Below are positions 19,280 to 27,193 of a stretch of DNA of 64,000 nucleotides, in pieces; the first letter of the stretch is position 1; each line of letters begins with the position of its first letter. The position numbers were made by a program, and so were the translations under genes. The DNA comes from a virus. The notes under the pieces are model-generated. The model was given only the letters and a program-made list of their open reading frames with translations, made no database searches and was not told the DNA's origin. The stretch is taken from the IMG/VR virus record IMGVR_UViG_3300033153_004222, positions 1-64,000 of that record; one strand, written 5' to 3'.

Positions 19280-20125
19280 TGGTTCTGGTATACGAAAGAA
19301 AAATCGAGAACAATCGGGTGAAAGCCATCAGATATTATTACAAGACATAGAGCCAAGCAAGACGTGCAATTTAAGGAACAGATGATGTGTGGCTTTTGCC
19401 ATGAATTTATGACGTTCTGGCACGGTGCTCTAACGATAAAGGCGTGTGGGCCGATAACTCTGGCGACAGAGTATAAAGACGAATAGTATTCATACAAGAC
19501 TATTTGTTGCCTCTTCGGAGGTCAATCTACACAAGTTGAAAACGGCAATGATGCGTGAATGCGTAAGTTGTTATCCGATTGCCTAAATCGGATTGAGGTA
19601 GTAATACCAATAGGATAATCAGCAGACATAGTTACAAGTAAGTTTACCAACTTGCAAGTAGTATATGTCAGTTAAATATGGAACTCATTGAGTTTGCGTA
19701 TTTAATCGTGCATTGGTAAATGCATAGAGAACAGTAATCTATTTTGTACCTCAAAAGGGTACGAAGGATTTCCTCACGGACTGTTCTCTATTAGGAAGTT
19801 TATGATTAACTAAAATCAGAAAGCAAAACAAGTGGGGCGTTAGATATCGAAAGATGGCTAATACTATGCACTTCGGTGAACATAGTGCTTCAGTTACTCG
19901 CAAGGTAACTGTTGTTTGGATTCAAAAGACCAAGTATGTCCTGGCCGGGATATAATTGAGTTAAGTAGAATTTGAGTAGGTTCTAATGTTACGAGTGATA
20001 AGCGTTACTTATCGCCATTGGCAGTTACTTTATGCAAATAGAGTGGATACGTTTTTAACCAACAGGAATAAAAGAACGAAAGACTGACCAGATAGGGCTG
20101 TAATCTCAGGCTTTTCCTATCGTTT
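19280..20125 (+). ncRNA. Giant structured ncRNA, GOLLD-like (~840 nt)
   Basis: Many GNRA/UUCG hairpins (CTCTG-GCGA-CAGAG, CCTC-TTCG-GAGG, GGTA-GTAA-TACC, ATC-GAAA-GAT, CAC-TTCG-GTG); long-range TAGAGAACAG/CTGTTCTCTA; CTCAAAAGG and 3' GAAAGACTGAC..CTGTAATCTCAG resemble GOLLD as recalled; next to a tRNA-like element. Confidence 0.7.
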
Positions 20126-20160
20126 TTTCAAGGCAATTGTACAGACAAAACCAAGACATT

Positions 20161-20352
20161 ATGGAATATAATCACGAATATGATAATCATTCGGAGATAG
20201 ATTCTCTGAATGCTAAAGAAATGCAAGAGGCATACAATAAGTATTTGCTCTCGAAAAAGGATGAGCTGAGTGATGAGGAATATAATGCTTTAAGGGCATT
20301 GTTAGCTCAAAATGAAGCTGAGTTTCTATTTGATGATGATACTGATATATGA
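20161..20352 (+). CDS. Small acidic hypothetical protein
   Basis: ATG at 20161; highly Asp/Glu-rich. Confidence 0.55.
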   Translation: MEYNHEYDNHSEIDSLNAKEMQEAYNKYLLSKKDELSDEEYNALRALLAQNEAEFLFDDDTDI

Positions 20353-20457
20353 TAATTGTAATATGTGTCTGACTTACGCACATTAATGAGTGAGTCAAAC
20401 CCTAAAAGAGCAGGGTATAATATGCTCTCGTAATTTCATTTAATTAACAATAAAGAC

Positions 20458-21054
20458 ATGAAAAATTACACAGAAAAAGAGGCAAACGAACAAATTGCCA
20501 AATTGGTACCTGGAAAGGTATTACTAACTTCCGTAAGGAAAGTCGCAGGAGGCAAATTTCACATTGAATTGGCAGAGAAAATCCAATCGCAAAACAGAAG
20601 TACCGTGAATGTATTAGGTATTTTAAATGCGGGTGATGAGCGATTTAATATCGGAGGAGCTCGTAGAGCTTGGGCACCTGCAGAAAAGGCACAACTATCT
20701 GAATTCTTCGGAATTGATGGAGCTGCACTTGATGGATTGGGTGAAAAGGAAAAGATATACGTATGTATAGCTGGACCTGCCTTAAATGGGATTCCATTAG
20801 CTATTCAAATCGTGGAAACGACTGAAGGCGATGATTGGGATAATGCGAATATCGAAACCTCAGCTAAAAGAGCTGGTAAAGATGGAGATATTCTGACGAA
20901 TGAGGGGATGCCAATCTTTTCCAAAACTTATGTGGTAGGAGTACCTGAAGGTAACTCTGTGCAACATGTTTACTTGCAATCTGACCAGCAAATGGAAAGA
21001 GCTGCTAAAGTAAGCCTTGGTGCATCAGCTACAGCTGAACCGACTTTGGATTAA
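20458..21054 (+). CDS. Hypothetical protein, possibly nucleic-acid binding
   Basis: 198 aa; KRAGKDG...GMPIF motif; stands alone between hairpins. Confidence 0.65.
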   Translation: MKNYTEKEANEQIAKLVPGKVLLTSVRKVAGGKFHIELAEKIQSQNRSTVNVLGILNAGDERFNIGGARRAWAPAEKAQLSEFFGIDGAALDGLGEKEKIYVCIAGPALNGIPLAIQIVETTEGDDWDNANIETSAKRAGKDGDILTNEGMPIFSKTYVVGVPEGNSVQHVYLQSDQQMERAAKVSLGASATAEPTLD

Positions 21055-21070
21055 GTTTAAGGTGAGTGAA

Positions 21071-21112
21071 GCAATTAGGACTGAGTGGTTTAGCCACTCG
21101 GTCCCTAATTGT
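21071..21112 (+). terminator. Terminator-like hairpin
   Basis: GCAATTAGGACTGAGTGG...CCACTCGGTCCCTAATTGT long stem followed by a T-rich tract. Confidence 0.6.
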
Positions 21113-21160
21113 GTTTCTTTGTGTGTTGATTTGTAAAGGTAATATGTTAAGTTAAAGAAT

Positions 21161-21415
21161 ATGTTAACTAAATGGAAAAAATTTTTGACAATGAACAAGC
21201 AAAAAAAAGGTAAGAAAACAAGGACTACCAGCGTCTTTTCTCCGTCTAAAAATGTCAGATCTAAAACAGTTCAAATAGAGTATAAGGATATAATTACTCC
21301 TATACATTGGACTGAAGATGATGATGGAAAAATACAAATAGATGAAGATTTGATAAGGGAAGAATTTGAAGATGAACTTGAAAGAATAATTTTTTTAGCA
21401 AATATAGAATTATGA
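21161..21415 (+). CDS. Hypothetical protein
   Basis: ORF overlapping the next start (ATGA); true start may be the second Met. Confidence 0.5.
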   Translation: MLTKWKKFLTMNKQKKGKKTRTTSVFSPSKNVRSKTVQIEYKDIITPIHWTEDDDGKIQIDEDLIREEFEDELERIIFLANIEL

Positions 21416-22083
21416 TACTGATAAAAAATGAATGGGAAGTTCATGAAATAGGACTGAAAGAGTCAAAAGTATTTGTAGAACAATGGCACTATGCTCACGG
21501 AGCAGGTAAAGTTTCACATAAATGTTATGGGTTATTTTATAAGAATGATCCGGGTACATTACATGGTGTAGCAATATGGAATGTCCCTCCTTTAGGAGCG
21601 GCTAAATCTGTTAGTTCACATCATCAAAGCGTTTTAGCTTTAAGTAGATTTTGTTTAATAGATGATAGACCTGAAAATTCAGGTTCATATTTAATAAGTA
21701 AAAGCATCAAAAAGTTAGATAAATGTAGATGGAATACGTTATTAACCTATGCAGATACTGCATTGAATCATAACGGAGGATTATACAGAGCTGCTAATTG
21801 GGATTACGATGGAATGACAGGAAAGAATCCTATTTTTTGGGATCCAGAAAATGAACGGATGGTCAGCCGGAAAAAGGGACCGAAAACCTATGGCAAACAA
21901 GCTATGCTTGATCAGGGCTATGAATTTAAAGGCAATTATGCCAAGCATAGATTTATATATCCTCTGAATAGAAAAGATAGGAAATTTAAAGCAATAGGGC
22001 AACAAATAGATTTATTGTTTACTTCAGATGGTAAACAAGAATTAAAAATACGTACTAATGACAAAGACAAACTGGCAGATTGA
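21412..22083 (+). CDS. Mom-like (GNAT-fold) DNA base-modification protein
   Basis: FVEQWHY, YGLF, LSRFCL..DRPENSGSYLISKSIK, TYAD...HNGGLYRAANW: Mom family signature. Confidence 0.8.
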   Translation: MILIKNEWEVHEIGLKESKVFVEQWHYAHGAGKVSHKCYGLFYKNDPGTLHGVAIWNVPPLGAAKSVSSHHQSVLALSRFCLIDDRPENSGSYLISKSIKKLDKCRWNTLLTYADTALNHNGGLYRAANWDYDGMTGKNPIFWDPENERMVSRKKGPKTYGKQAMLDQGYEFKGNYAKHRFIYPLNRKDRKFKAIGQQIDLLFTSDGKQELKIRTNDKDKLAD

Positions 22084-22252
22084 AGAAGAGCATATAACAA
22101 TGGCGATAGATGCCCTGGAAGAACAGGCTCGATGGTTGTCAGAAGGATATGCACCTCCTAATGAAGAAGATGTGGATAGATTAAAGGATATTCACGAAGC
22201 AATTAAATTTTTTAAACTTAAAAAAAGAAACTTATGGACAAGTATAAATTAG
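22058..22252 (+). CDS. Hypothetical protein
   Basis: 64-aa ORF in an overlapping gene chain. Confidence 0.55.
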   Translation: MTKTNWQIEEEHITMAIDALEEQARWLSEGYAPPNEEDVDRLKDIHEAIKFFKLKKRNLWTSIN

Positions 22253-22596
22253 AAGATGCCTATAAAAGAATAGGTAAATTAACAGTTGAATTAGATTCTT
22301 GCAAAGAAACTGAAGAAAAATTCAGAACCTGGTGGCTACAAAATGAAGCTAAAGTTAAAGAGATGCAGGAAGAACTGGAAAAGTATACAGATGCAAAGCC
22401 TCAATCTTTAATAGATAGAGTTATATCACAAATTTCACAAGATTTAGGAGAAATGGGTGAAGGTGATGAAAGTGTATGTTTATTATTACAACAGCTTCCT
22501 GAAGATGTATTAGAAGCATATTTACCTGAAATGGTAATCCCAACTAAGCAAGAAGAAGCAGCAGGTGCAGATTTTGATGTAGATAAACCGCTATAA
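22234..22596 (+). CDS. Hypothetical coiled-coil protein ending in an RNAP-like GADFDVDK motif
   Basis: 120-aa ORF; C-terminus EEAAGADFDVDKPL. Confidence 0.7.
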   Translation: MDKYKLEDAYKRIGKLTVELDSCKETEEKFRTWWLQNEAKVKEMQEELEKYTDAKPQSLIDRVISQISQDLGEMGEGDESVCLLLQQLPEDVLEAYLPEMVIPTKQEEAAGADFDVDKPL

Positions 22597-22597
22597 T

Positions 22598-22711
22598 ATG
22601 TGGTTATATCTACTGATAAGTTTTTGGCTATTAACTTTAGGCTTATTAATATGGGCTTTGTTTACAGCGGAGATGGATGATGAGGATGATGATTACACAA
22701 CATTTAAATAG
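22598..22711 (+). CDS. Tiny single-TM protein with acidic tail
   Basis: MWLYLLISFWLLTLGLLIWALFTAEMDDEDDDYTTFK; fills the gap between neighbouring ORFs. Confidence 0.5.
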   Translation: MWLYLLISFWLLTLGLLIWALFTAEMDDEDDDYTTFK

Positions 22712-22717
22712 AAAGAT

Positions 22718-22975
22718 ATGAACGGATATGAAAGAATCTTTTATGAAAGAGATGTGCCTCAAGCAGTAAAGGCATTAAAAGAAATTGCTGCACATTTAGA
22801 AACTTTAACTAAAGTCATTGTTTCAGATCCAGGAGATGAAATAGAACATATTACTGAATCATACCCAGGAGCTGGATATGGTTATAGGAAACGTAAGAAA
22901 TCAGATTCTAACCCACATGTTAATCCAAAATTTGGATCAGATGAATGGGTAGCTCAAGGAGGAGATAAACCATGA
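22718..22975 (+). CDS. Hypothetical protein
   Basis: 85-aa ORF. Confidence 0.55.
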   Translation: MNGYERIFYERDVPQAVKALKEIAAHLETLTKVIVSDPGDEIEHITESYPGAGYGYRKRKKSDSNPHVNPKFGSDEWVAQGGDKP

Positions 22976-23104
22976 GCTGGTGGAGAAACATAGATGAAGG
23001 TAAAAAGGTTAATTATTTTATAATACTTTTTGGGCTTATCACATGTATTGGATTAATATTATTCAATAAATGTGATGGCACTAAAAAGATAAAAAAACAA
23101 AATT

Positions 23105-23515
23105 ATGAGCAAACCTTACATCCACGCACGGAGTTCCGCTAAAAAATTTGGAGGAAAATGGGAAGATTATATAGAAATACATGAGCTATTAGATAGCTCT
23201 AAAGCTGCAATAGCAGATAACAGGCATAGAGTTTTAACTCATAACTCCTGGTTTATAAGCTATATACTACCTAAAATATTTGGAGAAACTTTCAGGAGAA
23301 AGTCAGATAACCAAGTAATTTCAACCAGAGAAATAGCAGAACAACATGTACTTGAAGATTATAGAATGAGATTCATTCCAACTGCACAAGATTTTATTGA
23401 ACATATGGATTATGTTGGATGGATGCAAAATGGAATAGCAGGATCTCCAGCAAGTGCAAAGAAATTAAATTTTAAAACTTCTAAAAAGCGTGTGAAGGTT
23501 TTAAATTTAGATTGA
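23105..23515 (+). CDS. DUF6915-like His-rich protein
   Basis: PYIHARSSAKKFGG..EDY..IH..LDSSK...DNRHRVLTH...IAEQHVLED pattern. Confidence 0.75.
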   Translation: MSKPYIHARSSAKKFGGKWEDYIEIHELLDSSKAAIADNRHRVLTHNSWFISYILPKIFGETFRRKSDNQVISTREIAEQHVLEDYRMRFIPTAQDFIEHMDYVGWMQNGIAGSPASAKKLNFKTSKKRVKVLNLD

Positions 23516-23516
23516 T

Positions 23517-23915
23517 ATGAAAAACAAATTTAACAAAGGATATATTGTATGCCAACCAGGCTGGGAATACAATGATGAAGTATTCAATAGGATGCCTGAA
23601 GATGCTATATCTGAGAATTTAGGAAAGATTTATTTAGATAAAGAAGAGGCTCAAAAAGAAGTAGATGATATATCTATATCTAATTGGTCTAATATAAATA
23701 TATTAGAATTTGGCTATAGTATAAATGATGTAATGATAGATGAAAAGGATTTCGGAGAGAAAGATCTTAAAATATTTTTAGAGGAAATTGGAGGAGAAAT
23801 AGTAGATGAATGGGATTGGAGAACTCCACCTCTTATGAAAATAGAAGATATACATTTTATAGAAGAAAAAATGTATTTATCATTTGCATATTTACAAGAA
23901 TTAGACATAGCTTAA
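23517..23915 (+). CDS. Acidic hypothetical protein
   Basis: 132-aa ORF; GWEYNDE motif. Confidence 0.6.
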   Translation: MKNKFNKGYIVCQPGWEYNDEVFNRMPEDAISENLGKIYLDKEEAQKEVDDISISNWSNINILEFGYSINDVMIDEKDFGEKDLKIFLEEIGGEIVDEWDWRTPPLMKIEDIHFIEEKMYLSFAYLQELDIA

Positions 23916-24277
23916 AAAGAGGGTAGCTCCCTTGGAGAAGACAGGAGCGAGGGATCCTGGAATGTTGAACTAACGTAGCTGTTCGATACTGTTTTCTCCA
24001 TTTTATACCAGGAGTATATGACTACGAAGAATGAATTGCAGCTCGGGCTATAGCAAGGAATTCTTTTGATATGAGATACTCTTGGTTTTTTTATTTAAAG
24101 ATAGCAATTGAGGCGAGTTCGTTATAAAAGAATCAGAAAGATAGGTAAAAAGGATAACAAAGCCTCATGGGCAAGTCCCGTGGACAGAAACCTTTTTTGA
24201 AATTAGTGCGACTTCCGTAACGAGGAAGATGGCCTACTATCCTTTTGCTATCTATTTTTAACTTAAAATTATATAAT

Positions 24278-24844
24278 ATGTTTGATGAAGAAGGACACAA
24301 TGTAGATATTGAAATCTATGAAGAACAACATGAGCTTTTATGGGATGAATTTAGAAAAGCTCAACAAACTCTTAGAGAAAAAATTATGGATCTAAGAGAT
24401 AAAGGAAAAGAGTTATTCGTAAAAGAATGCAAAACACTATTCCAATCTTATCCAGAATTAAAATCATTTGGATGGACACAATATACCCCATATTTTATGG
24501 ATGGTGATCCGTGTGTATTCTATGCAAATACAGAGTATTTTTATGTAAATGGATATGATTCAGAGGAATTGGATGTTATGGACACAAGATTTGATGAAGA
24601 TCAAATAGGTGAAAATCTATTTTTAGGACATGACAAAGAAACAAGAATCTGGGACCAAAAGAAAAATAATTGGAATATAAGTACTAATTCTGTATACAAT
24701 CCTAAATATGAATTAATAATAGATAGAATATCTGATCTATTAGGATCATTTAGTGAAGATGATTTCTTTGATTTCTTTGGCGATCATGCAATGGTAGTCA
24801 TTAGTGAGAAAGGTGCTTTTGTAGAAGATTGGGACCATGAATAA
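24278..24844 (+). CDS. Conserved phage hypothetical protein
   Basis: ATG at 24278; FGWTQYTPYFMDGDPCVF and FGDHA.V...DWDHE motifs. Confidence 0.7.
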   Translation: MFDEEGHNVDIEIYEEQHELLWDEFRKAQQTLREKIMDLRDKGKELFVKECKTLFQSYPELKSFGWTQYTPYFMDGDPCVFYANTEYFYVNGYDSEELDVMDTRFDEDQIGENLFLGHDKETRIWDQKKNNWNISTNSVYNPKYELIIDRISDLLGSFSEDDFFDFFGDHAMVVISEKGAFVEDWDHE

Positions 24845-25020
24845 TTAAAGATATCTGGCGGAAACTTTATTAACCCAACGAGGTACCATCTGATGTAATG
24901 GTGTAGATAAGTCAGGATTAGGGACTAATATGGATTAAAGGTGGCCATAGGTCTATAATGTAGCATCTATAAAGATAACAAAGCCGATATTTTTAATATA
25001 TTAACTATAAATTTTATACA

Positions 25021-25686
25021 ATGAAGAAACGTAAAGAATGGAAATTTCTAACGAATTTAATTAAAGCTGATCCAAAAGAAATGGAGGATAAAGCTAATGG
25101 TAAATCTTATGACAATGACAGAAAGCATTGGACTAAAGATGAAACAGCTGAAATGCTTGAAGCACATTCGTTAGGATTTAATGACAGGGACATTGCTTTT
25201 GCCCATAAAAGAAGAATAAAAGCAGTACGATTAAAGAGAACTAAAGAGTTACAAAAATTAATGGAGGATGCAGAACCTATGGTAAAGACTAATAATTTAA
25301 ATGACACAGAAGAACCAGGAAGATTCTTTTCTCAAAAACTTATTAATGAGCTTCATCAACAGTTTGAATGGAGCAAAAGTATGATGGTGGAACAACAAGA
25401 TTCTTATGATGAGTTAATGAAAGAGTGGTGCTTACAGCATCTAAAGAGGAGTAAAATTCTTGAAACACTTCATATGTTTTTAATAGAAGAAACAGGACTC
25501 ATAGGAATGTTAGGAGGAACCGGAAAAGTTTTAGACAGAGGAAATGATCTTTTAAAGAAGCTTCGTAAAGTTGAAAACTCTATTACTCCAGAAGAAGTAA
25601 ATGAGCATTTTGAACAAATGAAAAACATAGCCGGACAAGGCCTTGAAAAAAAAGGAAAGTTTGGAAATGGAAAGTCAAGTGGATAA
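25021..25686 (+). CDS. Hypothetical protein with an N-terminal HTH-like segment
   Basis: HWTKDE...IAFAHKRRIKAVRLK resembles an HTH. Confidence 0.55.
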   Translation: MKKRKEWKFLTNLIKADPKEMEDKANGKSYDNDRKHWTKDETAEMLEAHSLGFNDRDIAFAHKRRIKAVRLKRTKELQKLMEDAEPMVKTNNLNDTEEPGRFFSQKLINELHQQFEWSKSMMVEQQDSYDELMKEWCLQHLKRSKILETLHMFLIEETGLIGMLGGTGKVLDRGNDLLKKLRKVENSITPEEVNEHFEQMKNIAGQGLEKKGKFGNGKSSG

Positions 25687-25928
25687 TGCGTATACCCATG
25701 ATGAAGGGGCGTAGTTCAATTACACCCGAAAGCGTGAAACCAGGCATAGCCAGGTAGTGGCAGGAAGATGCAATAGTAAAAGCTCAGAATACTTCATCAA
25801 CAATACATATAGGGAACGGCAGTAGGGAGATGTGATGAACATCCGGTACAAACCCTAACCTTGGAGTGGCGATGCCCTTACTCAACTCCAAGGGTATGTA
25901 TTTATTTTTAACATTCAATCTAAAATAT

Positions 25929-26171
25929 ATGATAAAGGAAAAAAAACAAACCGAAGAACTTTTAACACAATTAAATCATTTAGCAAAGTATTGGTCTGAA
26001 ACAGATAATTCTATAGAGGATAAACTTTCAGGAGTACTGTTTAGTTTTCTGGTAATGATTGATGGAGGAAGTGGTTCTTTTGAACACGGAATTAAGATGA
26101 TAGATAATGCAACAGGAGAAGAGATTTCAAATGGTTATCTACATGAAATATTTAACAAATATAAAAAGTAA
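25929..26171 (+). CDS. Hypothetical protein
   Basis: ATG at 25929 after an AT-rich leader; LVMIDGGS...LHE. Confidence 0.6.
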   Translation: MIKEKKQTEELLTQLNHLAKYWSETDNSIEDKLSGVLFSFLVMIDGGSGSFEHGIKMIDNATGEEISNGYLHEIFNKYKK

Positions 26172-26175
26172 AATT

Positions 26176-26583
26176 ATGGGATTTTTTAGTTGGAAAACAA
26201 ACGATACTACTAAGAGTATCAACAATCATTATACAGGTATACCCACATTTAGAGTAATAATGACTGATAATAAAGGTAATCAATGGGTAGAAGATAATTA
26301 TGAGGGGTACGGCATCTTTGGAGGCAAAGATTATCATGAATTATTAGATGAGATGAATGGAGGCTCTGGAGATAGACTTATAGGAATAGCCAGGATGTAT
26401 GATAAGAAATATAAAAATCAAATCTTTCCTTCATTAAGTGAAAATGGTGATTACCATAACGGTATACAACCAGAAGATTGTGAGTATCAAGGGTATTTTT
26501 ATGATGCAGTATGTCAAGAATGTTTTGATGATATAGATAATATTGATGAACTGAAGGATAAGCTATTTGAAAATGAAAAGTAA
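26176..26583 (+). CDS. Conserved phage hypothetical protein (MGFFSW type)
   Basis: ATG at 26176; YEGYGIFGGKDY and C-terminal QGYF motifs. Confidence 0.65.
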   Translation: MGFFSWKTNDTTKSINNHYTGIPTFRVIMTDNKGNQWVEDNYEGYGIFGGKDYHELLDEMNGGSGDRLIGIARMYDKKYKNQIFPSLSENGDYHNGIQPEDCEYQGYFYDAVCQECFDDIDNIDELKDKLFENEK

Positions 26584-26843
26584 TTTCTGAATAGGACCTC
26601 CCTAACCCTTGGGGACAGCAAAGACATAGAGTACAAGATTTTAGAACTTTATTAGTTGGGAGTGATCCCTATTTTTTAACATTAAAATTATAATAGTATG
26701 GAAAAAGTATTAGAATGGTTGGAGAAATTAGAAACTCCTCAGACATTAACAGATGAATTAAAACAAACCATTATAGATGAAGTTTATGATGCATGTCATA
26801 CAGCTTTTAATTCTGGTGAACAACAAGGTAAAAACGAGAACTT

Positions 26844-27182
26844 ATGAGTCATATGAAAAGAGCATTAGAGGACATCCGAGATTTAGGATGGCCCGAAACC
26901 AATGAATCTCTACAGAGATTGATTGAAAAACGTCAAAAGGAAGCAGAAACAAAAGCCGATGATATACAACTCCCCAAATGGTTTGATGGAATGGTATACG
27001 AACAAGGCGATACAGTTACCAATCCTTTTAGCGGTAGTTTTATATATATAGATAGAAAAGCCCTGTCTATGTATGATTTAATAATGGGAGCAAATCACAC
27101 AGAACAATGGGAATTAGTTCGTAAAGGATGTGATTGGTTTAGACAACATTACCCGAAAGAGTATATGGTGTTGCTCGATTAA
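26844..27182 (+). CDS. Hypothetical protein
   Basis: 112 aa; VTNPFSG and C-terminal YMVLLD. Confidence 0.65.
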   Translation: MSHMKRALEDIRDLGWPETNESLQRLIEKRQKEAETKADDIQLPKWFDGMVYEQGDTVTNPFSGSFIYIDRKALSMYDLIMGANHTEQWELVRKGCDWFRQHYPKEYMVLLD

Positions 27183-27193
27183 AATTAATAATT

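Noticed and set aside
18504-19497. ORF-track ORFs 18504-18731, 18656-18841, 18808-19002 and 19162-19497
   Set aside because: Non-ATG or weak starts, atypical composition, and overlap with structured RNA; probably spurious.
23933-24000. tRNA gene (GTTCGA and terminal CCA)
   Set aside because: No proper T-stem or cloverleaf can be formed.
24880-25860. Hammerhead ribozyme (TGATG / TGATGA words)
   Set aside because: No complete CTGATGA...GAAA core with three flanking stems could be assembled by eye.
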